Shown here piece after piece: positions 25,881 to 36,619 of a DNA stretch of 64,000 bases. The translations under genes were made by a program, and so were the position numbers. Below the pieces are notes generated by a model. It worked only from the letters and a program-made list of their open reading frames with translations. It had not been told where the DNA came from and did no database searches. Source of the DNA: Camelus ferus (taxonomy: Eukaryota); contig NC_045696.1 in NCBI RefSeq assembly GCF_009834535.1, positions 92,132,001 to 92,196,000 of the forward strand, read 5' to 3'. How positions within the stretch are numbered: position 1 is the stretch's first letter; each line of letters opens with the position of its first letter.

Positions 25881-26846
25881 CTACTGTGAACATTGGGGTG
25901 CATGTGTCTTTTCAAATTAGAGTTTCCTCCAGATATATGCCCAGGAGTGGGATTCCTGGATCATACGGTAAGTCTTATTTTTAGTTTTTTGAGGAATCTC
26001 TATGCTGTTTTCCATAATGGCTCCACCAAACTACATTCCTACCAACAGTGTAGAAGGGTTCCCTTTTCTCCACACCCTCTCCAGCGTTTTTCGTTTGTGG
26101 ACTTTTAAACGATGGCTGTTCTGACTGGTGTGAGGTGATACCTAACTAGTTTTGATTTGCATTTCTCTGCTAATTAGCAATACTCAACATTTTTTATGTG
26201 CCTATTGGCCATTTGTATGTCTTTGTAGAATTGCTTGTTTAGGTCTTCTGCCCATTTTTGGATTGGAGGGCTTTTTTTATTAAGTTGTATGAGCTGTTTA
26301 TATACTCTGAAGATTAAACCTTTGTCAATGGCATTGTTTGCAAATAATTTCTCCCATTCTGTAGGTTGTCATTTTGTTTTGCTTATGGATTCGTTTGCTG
26401 TGCAAAAGCTTATGTTTAATTAGGTCTCATGTCTTTATTTTTGCTTTTATTTCTATTGCCTGGGTAGACTGCCCTAGGAGAACATTGCTAAGATTTATGT
26501 CAGAATGTTTTGCCTGTGTTTTCTTCAGAGGTTTATCATCTTGTCTTACATATGTCTTTAAGCCATTTTGAGTTTATTTTTGTGTATGGTGTGAGGAGTG
26601 TCCTAATGTCGTTGTTTTACAAGCTGCTGTCCAGCTTTCCCAGCACCACTTGCTGAAGAGACTGTCTTTTCTCCATTGTATATTCTTGCCTCCTTTGTCA
26701 AAGATTAATTGACCGTAGATCTGTGGGTTTATTGCTGGGCGCTCTGTTCTGTTCCCTTGATCCATATGTCTGTTTTTATGCCAATACCATGCTGTTTTAA
26801 TTAGGTAGCTCTGCAGTATTATCTGAAGTCTGCAGTATTGTCCAAT

Positions 26847-27066
26847 NNNNNNNNNNNNNNNNNNNNNNNNNNNNNNNNNNNNNNNNNNNNNNNNNNNNNN
26901 NNNNNNNNNNNNNNNNNNNNNNNNNNNNNNNNNNNNNNNNNNNNNNNNNNNNNNNNNNNNNNNNNNNNNNNNNNNNNNNNNNNNNNNNNNNNNNNNNNNN
27001 NNNNNNNNNNNNNNNNNNNNNNNNNNNNNNNNNNNNNNNNNNNNNNNNNNNNNNNNNNNNNNNNNN
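26847..27066. other. Assembly gap (220 N)
   Basis: Run of n. Confidence 1.
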
Positions 27067-27353
27067 CTTTCCATTTCTTTAAGTCATTTTAAATTTCCTT
27101 AATTAGTGTTTTGTAGTTCTCCATTTATAAGTCTTTCACCTCCTTGGTCAGATTTATTCCTAAGTATTTTATTGTTTTGGATGTGATTTTAAAAGGGATT
27201 ATTTCTTTCTTTGCCTGCTATTTCATTGTTAGCGTAAAGAATATAATTTTTTCTTAGGTTATTCTTACTACCTGTTTTATGGAGATGGAGATACTGCCTT
27301 ATAATGAGAGGTCAGGTAAAAACTCTAATTGTGAGAGTAAATGCACAAATGCT

Positions 27354-27359
27354 TTTATT
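27354..27359 (-). terminator. KCNAB1: Candidate KCNAB1 poly(A) signal AATAAA
   Basis: tttatt on + (AATAAA on -), about 1.7 kb after the stop and about 110 nt before the L1 edge, with a U-rich segment downstream on -. Confidence 0.5.
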
Positions 27360-29074
27360 ACTCTAAGCAAATAAATAAGTTGCAGTTCCAAATAGACAAC
27401 TTAAGCTCATTATGCATATAGTAGTTCACTGACTATGCAATGAACAACTGAAAAGGGATCCATTTCCATCATTAATCTTACCCTCTTGGACAAAAAAAAA
27501 ATCCCGAACTATTTCCCTATTAGAATACAGGTAATAGTAATCAAAAAGAAAATTTGTTGGTACTTCACACTAACATTTTAAGATTTAGAACTTAACCATA
27601 AAATACACGTCTGGAAATGATGGTAGAAAATAGCATTTTAAGTTGATAGTATATTTCTTCTGTAAGTCCCAAAGTGATTTCTGCATGGGGGCCAGAAAAT
27701 TAAGTTAGAATTTTGTACATGCTCAGGTGTCCAAATAGAGTTATAGGGCCCTCCCCCTTCAACATACACCTTAAAAATGGAAAAGAAAAATATTTTCTCC
27801 CTTCTTACAGGTATATATGGTATACTCTCAGGTTTTCTCAAGTGGAATATTCATGAGGGTTAGGTAAGCAAGAGTGGGAGGGCTAGATAGGCCTCAGCTT
27901 CTGAGAGCCACAAGGCCAGGTCCCTTTAATCCATGCAAAGAGCTTTCATGCATATAGTTTTTAAAGCACATAATGTGGTTATAGAATCAGGAAGTTCTTT
28001 AACATATGCTTTTCTTTGGGCTGGTTACTTCACCCAGCACATGCTGGGTAGTGACAACGTTTTTCACAAAGCCTGTGATTCACTTTCATGTTAACTCCTC
28101 AAAAACACCAGGCATTATACTGTAAAATCCCGGTGCTAATTAAACAGCAAACATTTGCCTTTCTGGATATTTTCAGGTTTACTTACAAAACTGAGCATGT
28201 GTATATTTATTTTTTAAAGCTCAAACATTTACACTTGCAGAAGCTGTGCCTACAAGCAGTCAAAAGTATAAAGCAGGTTTTAATAAAATATAGAAAAAAA
28301 CTGAACACTTCATTGCAGATACATTGCATTCAAAGCTAAGCTTCCATAGCAGTGTGATTCTTCCTTTCATAGATTCACCATAGTCTTTCTAGATGAAAAT
28401 TGGGCTGTTCATCCTTTCACCACCTCTCTGTGTAAATGGACATAACGTTATTAGAATCCTAGTAGACATCTGGGATAAACTGCTTTACAGGGCCGTTTTT
28501 GAGGCCAAGCAACACTGAATATCTAAAAGGTAACAAAAGCAAATACCTAGGAGTTCACTTTTGGTGAATGACATGTGAAAACTCTTGCTAACATGAATGT
28601 GAAAATAGGAAGAAAAAAAAAGTAAAATTGTTTCAGCTGATTCTCCCAAGCAAGACCTCTGCGTGAACTTAGCCTGCTCTTTCTGATGCACTCCACATTG
28701 CATCTGTGGATTTTGTTCATTTGAAAAAATAGGTCTGTACAGCCTTCTTTAAGTTATTCAATGCCTGAAGGTACTGTGTCTTTCCCCCACCATATACTTT
28801 CCATTCCATAAACATGAGGTGTACAGAATAATCTAAGCAAAGGTGACTCTAGTCCAAGATAAGAAAATAGAATGGATTTTCCTGGTTTTGAGTTTCCAGA
28901 TGTGTTCATAATTCAGGTGCACAGCGGTAGTGAAAGCAGACGCCTCAGAATCCAGGGACATGGGAGGTTGAGCAGCGGGCTGCGAAGTGGTTCAGAAGGC
29001 GGCTAGTGAGACGCCCTCCGTGCCGGTGCGGACCGCTGTTCGACCCATGCAGCGCCTGCAGCTCATGCAGCGCC

Positions 29075-29164
29075 TTAAGATCTGTAGTCCTTTTTGCTGT
29101 AGGGCTTGTTGCGCAATATGTTATCAATCTCATTTACCACGTGTGATGTCATCTTTGGGAGAAC
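29075..29164 (-). CDS. KCNAB1: Voltage-gated K+ channel beta-1 subunit, last coding exon
   Basis: ctcag|GTT... encodes [29 protein letters not shown]. 90 nt; TAA at 29077-29075. Matches the Kv beta-1 C-terminus. Confidence 0.97.
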   Translation of the reverse strand, partial: VLPKMTSHVVNEIDNILRNKPYSKKDYRS

Positions 29165-29294
29165 CTGAGAGCGTGAGAAGTACAAAGGCTGTGGTCAGTA
29201 CCTGACGCCTGTTCCTTGTGCTCAGTATTCAGCAAAGCTGTCTAGACTTGTATACATTTATAAATGACCACTAGAATGTTACTTCCCCTGCAGA

Positions 29295-30060
29295 CAGGAA
29301 GCTCCTTGAGTTCAGGGACCTTGTTTTGGTCATCCTGCATCTCCAGAGCCTGTCAGAGTGCCTGGCCCACAGTAGGTGCTCGTAAGTATTGGCTGAGTAA
29401 ATGAGGGCTCATGGAAATATGGTGAAGGATGGCCACAGGTTAGATGGAATAGCAGGAGAAAGTGAGAAGTCTGTGAAATGGAGTGACGCAGGTGTAGAGG
29501 GAGTGGCAGAGGTGCGGGGAGGGTAGGAGTGTGGAAGAGTTGAGGCCAAGAGTTGGAAGACCTCGGGATGCCAGTTTTGGGAGTTGGGACTTTATTCTGG
29601 AGACAGTGGGGGAGCTCTCAGGACTTGCCAGCTGGGAGGGACCCCATCAGACACCTGATGAGTTGGAGGAGGTTGAAAGGGAACACAGGGCTTAGAAACA
29701 CACTGCTGTCCTAGCCAGAGACACTAAAGCCTTAGCTAGACGGTGGTGGTCGAGTGGGAAGAGAGTGACTCGGAGAGACATCTGGGAGGATGATTGTGAT
29801 TTCAAGACGCGGTGACTAAGAGGATATTGGTACAGGTGATCTGTTGAGACGAGCCCACAGGAGTAGTTTGGGGTAAAGTGTGTGAGTTGGAGGGGCCCTT
29901 GGGTGACCACGGAGGCAGCCGGAAGTGCAGCTGTGGAGCTTAGTGGGAGCGGAAGGAGAATCTGCGAGTCACGGGCACAGTCATGCTAGCTGAAGCCCTG
30001 GGGAAGGATGAGCTCACCTCGGGCTAGCTCGCGTTTACTGCAAGGAGTGGGCCAAGGGCA
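29295..30060. mobile_element. L2 fragments (3' end on +, then body fragments on -)
   Basis: gctccttgagttcagggacc...cctggcccacagtaggtgctc...aaatga, followed by purine-rich antisense L2 phrases. Confidence 0.55.
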
Positions 30061-31059
30061 CACACCACACCAGGAGAAAAGGGACAGAGGCAGACTTTCT
30101 TGCAGGAATAGTCTGACCCTGTGTGGAGACGGTGGTGAAATGCATCCACCATGGCCGAGTCTGCGGTTTTAGCCTCACCCTTCCCCTGCTGCAGTTGGAC
30201 AGGGTGACCCAGTCTCCACTCAGTGGGTTTTACAGCTCCTTCCCCACTAGTTCTGGTACCTTTTTTTTTTTTTTTTTTTTTTTTTGGTTCTGGTAAGATT
30301 TTCCTCTCTGAAGCTGAGGAGCCTTTGGTTTCCCACCAGCTTTGGAGTCTCGGAGGATCTAAACGAATGTACTATTTAAAGAGAGACTGCAACAACAAGA
30401 CCCAAGTCTCGAAACTGGACTTGTTGGACGTTTTTTGTCTAAAACATCCTAGGTTAGCCATGTGAGGAAAAAAATGCTTCATTCATTACACCAATACGAA
30501 AAGAGATTTAAACATTAGAAAAATGAAACCATAAAAGTACTAGAGTAAAACATGAAAAAAATACATAGAGCTGCAAGACCTAAATATTCAAGAGAAGCCA
30601 TATATCCAGAATTTTATGTGAAGTTGCCTAATTTCTGTTTTGAAACATTCTCACTTACTACAGATTACACAAACTTCCCACAAGCTAGCAATTTTGCAAC
30701 CATGACTGGAATAATTGGAGCGGGGTGGGGTGGGTGAGGGGAGGTCTGCCCAGCGTGGCTGGGTCTGGTGGGTATTAGGAAGTCCTCCTGGGAGTGGGTC
30801 ACTGTTGAGAGCTGGACCTTGGGGATGGAGCGGATCCTGTCAGGCTGATGTGGACACTGCCAGCAGAGGACCACTGTTACTTCTGGGGATTAGGATTCCA
30901 GGGGAGGTGGGGGGACAGCTTAGCAATCTAAAAATTCAGATGACAGCACATCCCTCCCCCTTAAACCCTCCAAAGGATTTGCTCCATGTAGAGCAGAACT
31001 CTGATTCCTCTAGTGTCCTGTGTGACCCGTCCCCTGCCTGTGTCCACTGCGGTGCACCT

Positions 31060-31482
31060 GCTGTCCCTTATGCTCACTGCACATTGGCCACACTAGCCTT
31101 AGGCTGGCGGCTCCTAGAAAAAGTCAAATGCCTCCCCATCTCAGGGCCTTTGCACTGCTCTTCCCTGTGTCTGGAATGCTCTTTCCAGGGTGTCTCACGT
31201 GCTGTGTCCTCCACTTCTCTTCAGAATACACATATCCCGGAGGAGCCTTTGGCAAGGACATGTCTAAAGTAGGCTCACTCATGTCCAGTTAGTCTCTACT
31301 ATGTTCGCCATCTTTATTTACTTAATATCCCTTCTCATTTGAAATTATTTTATATGTTTGTTTACTCTATGCCTCTCCCACTGGACTATAAGTTCCTTGA
31401 AGTTTGTGTAATATCTTTCTGGTTTCCTGTGGTGTCCCCAGTGCCAGGTACAGAACAGGCTCTCAGAGATCTGCCAAATGAA
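31060..31482 (+). mobile_element. L2 3' fragment
   Basis: cagggcctttgcactgct...ctggaatgctctt...ctggactataagttccttgaag...ccagtgccaggtacag...aaatgaa. Confidence 0.65.
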
Positions 31483-31529
31483 CTAGGGGATAGATTTCTT
31501 AATTCATTTTTTCTCAGGCAGCTGTGAGC

Positions 31530-31637
31530 TTTTTTTTTTTTTTTTTTTTTTTTCAATGGAGTACTGGGGCTTGAACCCAGGACCTCCTGCATGCAAAACA
31601 TGCACTCTACCACTAAGCTATACCGTGCCCTCCCCCC
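31530..31637 (-). mobile_element. tRNA-Ala-derived SINE with 24-nt poly(A) tail
   Basis: Antisense GGTATAGCTTAGTGGTAGAGTGCATGTTTTGCATGCAGGAGGTCCTGGGTTCAAGCCCCAGTACTCCATTG. T24 at 31530-31553; imperfect TSD tgagctttt / tgaactttt. Confidence 0.88.
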
Positions 31638-32962
31638 TACCCCCACCCCATGAACTTTTGAGGGCAGAGGCCTGTGTTTATCTCAGAACTGTCTGCCTGG
31701 CGTGGTGCTAGATACAGAGTAAGTACTCAGTCCATATTAGTGGAATTGAGATCACTGGATCGAATTTCAGTTTTTTGTGTATAGAGTGTTCCCCTATTTC
31801 CCACACATTATTGTGTAACCTTTGTCTATTCCCAGAGAATAAGTGACAATAAGAGAAGGCGGGCGGCTTTCATAAGAGGGAGCATTCTCCAGGCAGGGAC
31901 GGGGAACCCTGCAATCCAGGAGGATTGTGGGCTGGGAGGGGTTCTCAGAAGCAGAGAGGCAGAGATGATCTCCCTTCCGCACAGCCCTGAGAGAGGAGGT
32001 GGTGGGGAAGGAAGTCTGCACCATTTCTCTCCCAACATATCCCAGGCCATTCTTCAAAAGGACTTTTAAACATTTTAAGTTGAATCAAGTCTGTCCCCAC
32101 CTCCATCTGTCCCCTTGTTGGAGAGGTAACAGGTAAGTGCGGTGGACGGGGGAGAAGCTGTGAGACAGTTCTGTACCCAATGAGCAAGAGGGAAACACAC
32201 AACCTCACCTGTTGGGGGCAGGTGATAGCTTTGGTGAGAGTCTAGAGTCTTGGGTGGGCTCACTCCTGGAGCCCCTCGCTGAGCTGAGAGCAGGGTGGGC
32301 TCAAGACTGAGGTGTGGCCTTTGGGGGACTGGACCCTGTCCTCCTCAGAACTCCCAGGAACATCTCTCTCCTACTTCTCCGAGGACAGCTGCAGGCTCCA
32401 CCCATGACTGGCCATCCCCACGGGGTCGGGGGGGTGCCCGTGAAATTGCTGTCAGGGAGATAGAGTCCTACTATGGTAGTTCAAAGTAGAATTTTGAGCC
32501 TATTTCCCTTAAACGTGGCAAACATTGATTCAACAGATATTTCTTGAGCATTGACTAAGGGCCATAGAGTATGGAAAGAACTGGAAAATCAGTGGAAAAG
32601 CAAGGAAGACACAGGTCTCTGACCTCAGGGAGTTCCAGTCCAGCAGTGGAGATAGGCAACTATACTGCACTGTCATGAGTGTTGTGCTGGGGATTCAGGA
32701 TGTGAGGAGAGCAGAAAGGAGGGGCTTGGTACACTCTAGACTGACAATAAATATTCGTGGGAGAAACAAATGAATAAAGGGTGCATGAAGATGGTCCTAA
32801 GGCTACCACATTTCAAGCAGGTGGTTAAGTAGGCTTCTTCAGTGAGGCTGGGAACCCGGTCATCAGGTGTAACTTTGCTTGGGCCTTAGAATGCACTGTC
32901 CCACAGAAACAATCCTGAGGAATGGCCCAGAGAGCTCTCCTGTTAATAAGAAGACCCTCCTT

Positions 32963-33054
32963 GAGGGAGGGTCTAGCTCAGTGTTAAGACCCGTGCTTGG
33001 TGTGCGCGAGGTCCTGGGCTCAATCCTCAGTGCCCCCATTAAGGGGGAGAAAAG
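32963..33054 (+). mobile_element. tRNA-Ala-derived SINE, diverged
   Basis: GAGGGAGGGTCTAGCTCAGTG...GAGGTCCTGGGCTCAATCCTCAGTGCCCCCATT. Imperfect TSD aagaccctcc (32951-32960) / aagacccctc (33056-33065). Confidence 0.8.
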
Positions 33055-33295
33055 GAAGACCCCCTCTTCCCTGGATCGATGGGCTGTAAAAGTTCTGTTG
33101 CTTCTTGTGCCTTTGTCCACATTTCCCCTCCACCTCCATCTAGGAACAGGTAGCCTGTTCCCTGTATTAGGGGCTTCCACACACCTGTGACACAGTGAAG
33201 GACAGAGGTGGGGAGACACGGGACACTGCCTGGGGACACCTTCAAAGGCACCATGAAATTCCCTAGAATTGGTTGGAAAGGGCTGCAGTACTTGC

Positions 33296-33385
33296 CTGAA
33301 TGGCACCGAGGTTTTCGATGAGTTGTTCAGGGGGTGGATGATCCCAGGAGCACAGAGCTCACGCCCTCGTTTCTCAGGCACCAGG
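33296..33385 (-). CDS. KCNAB1: Kv beta-1 penultimate coding exon, with apparent +1 frameshift and GC donor
   Basis: cccag|CC TGG TGC... encodes (A)WCLRNEGVSSVLLGSSTP then TGA (33329-33327). Removing one G from G5 (33330-33334) restores PEQLIENLGAIQ. 90 nt observed versus 89 expected from the peptide. Donor CAG|GCAAGT. Confidence 0.93.
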
Positions 33386-34827
33386 CTGGGAAGAGAGAGC
33401 ACTGGGTCAGGAAGTCAAAGCCCTTCTGATTTTTGATGAGCTTGTAAACCCTATCCGTAGCTCCCGTTGTTGGAACCAACGCTTAACAAACTGTGGGAGG
33501 ATGGGTGGTGTGCTCTGGGATGAAAAACCTCAGCCACACCCCCTGTTGTGTGGAAGACTTAATTGTGGGATTAGGGCTCCTCTGCCCCTACAACTGGGGC
33601 ATACAATCCAGCTCTCCACCCAGGAACACATCCTTGTTCCTGAGAACACCTGGAACTGCTCACTGGTGGACGTCTGGATTCTTGTCTCCCTCTGTCTTTC
33701 CATCTCACTCGTGCGCTCACTCTCCCCTCATCTGTTACACAGAGTCCTTGTAGACCCTGGGTGTCTGGGGCTTCTTTTCCACTGACCTGTCAGCCCTCTC
33801 TGGCCCTCCTTCCATTTCTTCCTGACCTGAGATTCATCCTGTGTGGACCATCTCACCCTCTCACCAGCCCTCACTCCTCTCCGCCTCTCAAGCAACCTCT
33901 ACCCTTAAACCCTCGATTCAGCCCCTGCCCCTCGCTCTCAGCAGATCCTTTGGCCTCCTCCTTTATGTAGAAAATGAAGTCCATCCTGTACAATGTTCCT
34001 TCATGCCCTGCTCGCCGACAGACACAAGTCTGCATTCCCATCCTCCAGTCTCAGAGGATACGGTGTGCTGTCTGCTCAAGGCCAAGCCACTCCTTTTGCC
34101 TCTTCTTGGACTGGATTCATCCATTCTTCCTCTCTCGTTCTTTCTCTCAATCTCCCGTATTTTTAATTTCTTACCATCCTCTTCCTCTTTACCAACAAAA
34201 CATGCTCAAATTTCTCCCATTCTAAAATAAGCCGCCTTCATACCTGTGTAGCCACTGCCCACCCCACCTCTCCCGCCCTTCTTCGACTTGTAAGAGGCCA
34301 GTTTGGACTCCCTGCACCCCCCGCACATCCCAGTGCCCTTCTTACCATGCCAAATTCCCAGGACCCTCCCTGTGGTTAGAGGAGACTTCCCGGTTTGTGG
34401 CTGCCTGAAACTAGAGGTTTCCCTGGGCCCAAGGGGTCCATGTCTGCTGGATGGCCCTGCTAGTGCCCTCAGGCACTGCGGGCTTCTTGCTACTTACTAT
34501 GCCTGTCCCTCTTGCATCCCCAGTCTCATTTGCTGGCATCACCAGCAACTTGGACTTCCTATCCAGAGACTGGGGAGTCATCCTCAGACACTGTCCTTTT
34601 CTGACCCCACGTTCCCTCTTAATTGCCAGGTCTAGGTGATTGTGCCTCCTAAATATTTCTCTAATTCAGTGGTTCTCAAATTTTAGCCTGCAGAACCTCT
34701 GGCATCTCCCAGAGGGTGTGTGCAACACCGATTCCTCGGTGCCGTACCCAGAGTTTCTGACCCAGGAGGGGAGGGGGGCTGAGGATCCACCTTTCTGATG
34801 AGCGCCCAGGTGCTGCCGCTGCTGCGC

Positions 34828-35493
34828 TTTTTTTTTTTTAAACCTTCATTGAGGTCAGATTGACCCATTTTAAGTGTACAATTCAGTAATTTTTCATAAG
34901 TTTATCAAGTGTGCAACCATCACCACCAGTTTTACAGAAACAGACTCACAGACATAAACACGGAGTGGGTAGAGGGGTGGGGAGGGATAAATTGTGAGTT
35001 CAAGATGAGCAGATGCACACTACTATATATAAAATAGACAGACAGCAAAGGCCTACTGTACAGCACAGGGAACTGTATTCAATACCTTGTAATGGCCTAT
35101 AACGAAAAAGAATATGAAAAAATACAAAAATATATATGTATGTAACTGAACCACCATGCTGTACCCCAGCAACTAACACAACATTGTAAACCGACTCTAT
35201 GCCAATTAAAAACCAGTTTTAGGACATTTCCATCATCCCAATAAGATCCTTGATGCCCACTCACAGTTAACCCCATTTCTATCCCCAACTCCAGGAAACC
35301 ACTCATCTACGTTGGAAACCACTCATCTAAGTCCCCTATGGACTTACTGTTTCTGGACATCTCATCTAAATGAAATCATATAGCATGTCTTCTGTGTCTG
35401 ACTTGCTCAGTGTAGTGTTTGTGAGGTTCATCCGTGTCATGGCATGGGTCAGCGTGTCACTTCTTGTGTCGCGGAATCGTACTCCAGTGTGGG
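34828..35493 (-). mobile_element. L1MB-like 3' fragment inside MER5A
   Basis: T-run, then cccattttaagtgtacaattcagt...tgtgcaaccatcaccacc...ggacatttccatcatccca...ttctggacatctcat...gaggttcatccgtgtc. Candidate TSD gctgcg at 34821-34826 and 35494-35499. Confidence 0.75.
34935..35211 (+). mobile_element. Younger artiodactyl-type L1 3' end inside the L1MB-like element
   Basis: cagaaacagactcacagacata...gtacagcacagggaactgtattcaata...acaacattgtaaaccgact. Perfect 10-bp TSD accagtttta at 34925-34934 and 35212-35221. Confidence 0.88.
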
Positions 35494-36052
35494 GCTGCGG
35501 GGACCACACTGGAGAGTCACTGCTCTGGTTCCACCACCCACCGCCCTCATTCAGGCCCTCACCCTCTCTCCTGCACACATCCAGCAGTAGCTTCTCCAGA
35601 TACAAATCTGTTCAAACCATTTGCCTGACCAAAGGTTCTTCAACGTGTGCCTGCCAGAATCCGTGTCCTGTGAGAGGAAGCGCTCACTTCGCACCCTGAC
35701 GAACCTTACCAGGAGGCCCTCCTGTCCAGCTTCCTGCTTCCTCGCTCCCTGCCTTGTACTTTGTGTTCCAGCAGCCCTACGTGTAAATCCTCTCCCCCCG
35801 CCAGATGCCGTACTGGGTTTCTTCTCCTCAAGCCCTCGGCTCAAGCTGTCCCATTGGTCTGGAATATTCTTTTGCCTCCTCCCTTCCTTTGCCTCACTGA
35901 TATCTGCTCTTCATTTGGGATTCCTCCTGGACACTGCCTTCTCCCCAAGTTCTTCCTTGAGTCCCAGGCTGGGTTGGGAGCGCCTACATTTACTTCCAAA
36001 CCCTCCTGTGCCCTTCTCAGGAATTTTACTACCACACTGTATTAAAATTATC

Positions 36053-36619
36053 TGTTAAGTTCTTGACTCATAATGACACAGGAGGGAAGGGGGCAGGGCA
36101 CAACCATTAAAAGTCAGCACCAAGATGGTGGAAGAGCCAACTCCCAGTAGACCCTAAGCTTCAATGTACACTCATTGAAATACAACAGCTGCTAAATGGC
36201 CCTCCCACAGGTGCCAGGACAGTTCCAAGGTTGACCATAAAAGGTCAAAAAGTGGGTGATGGCCCAGTTCCTGGGAATCCCAGCCCCTTCCTGAAAGTAG
36301 TTGGAGCAATCCTCCCACTTAGCGTATGAAGTTACTGAGCCCATAAATACTAACAACCCCACACCTCGTGGCTGATCTCATTTCTCCTAGCCGACCCCAT
36401 GCTCTGAGGCCGCTGCTCTCCCTTCTGAGTAGATGGCCTGCACTCTGTCTATGGAGTCTGCATCTCTCTGAATATATCTACTTTTACTCAACCATGGCTC
36501 TCTCTTGAAATCTTTCTTGCACAAAGCCAAGGACCCTCACTTAATGGGGTGCATGCCAGGGACTCGCCTGGGACCTGGGACATGGCCATCCTTTTGTGCC
36601 CCCCATTTTTCCTGTATCA
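36053..36619 (+). mobile_element. ERV1-type solo LTR
   Basis: MER4-group-like layout (caagatgg, ccataaatactaac, tctcttgaaatctttcttgcacaaagccaaggaccctc), TG...CA-like ends, interrupts L2. No clear TSD found. Confidence 0.65.

Larger units (their letters stand above)
25323..27241 (-). mobile_element. 5'-truncated LINE-1 (3' ORF2 + 3'UTR), two assembly gaps inside
   Basis: Minus-strand translations give L1 ORF2 C-terminal peptides ([17 protein letters not shown]...[35 protein letters not shown]). A-rich tail at about 25323; candidate TSD tataatt at 25316-25322 and 27242-27248. Confidence 0.93.
34667..35522 (-). mobile_element. MER5A (hAT-Charlie), split by an L1 insertion
   Basis: cagtggttctcaaa... 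(34667-34826) resumes as ggggaccacactggagagtcactg (to 35522). 8-bp TSD-like flanks ctctaatt / ctctggtt. Confidence 0.75.

Noticed and set aside
26811-26846. Repeated ctgcagtatt and non-L1 bases next to the gap (similar odd bases at 57441-57471)
   Set aside because: Located at contig edges, so likely low-quality or mis-joined read ends rather than biology.
30715-31272. 185-aa + strand ORF
   Set aside because: Non-ATG start, overlaps G-rich and L2 sequence, no recognisable domain, antisense within a KCNAB1 intron.
31554-31630. Possible tRNA-Ala(TGC) gene, and similar tRNA-like copies at 17370, 32963 and 44640
   Set aside because: A-rich tails, target-site duplications and degenerate stems identify them as tRNA-derived SINEs, not tRNA genes.
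32863-33402. 179-aa - strand ORF
   Set aside because: It crosses the KCNAB1 exon in a non-coding frame and runs through intron and SINE sequence.
35293-35329. Duplicated ggaaaccactcatcta with 21-bp period
   Set aside because: Local slippage inside a dead L1 fragment with no functional context.
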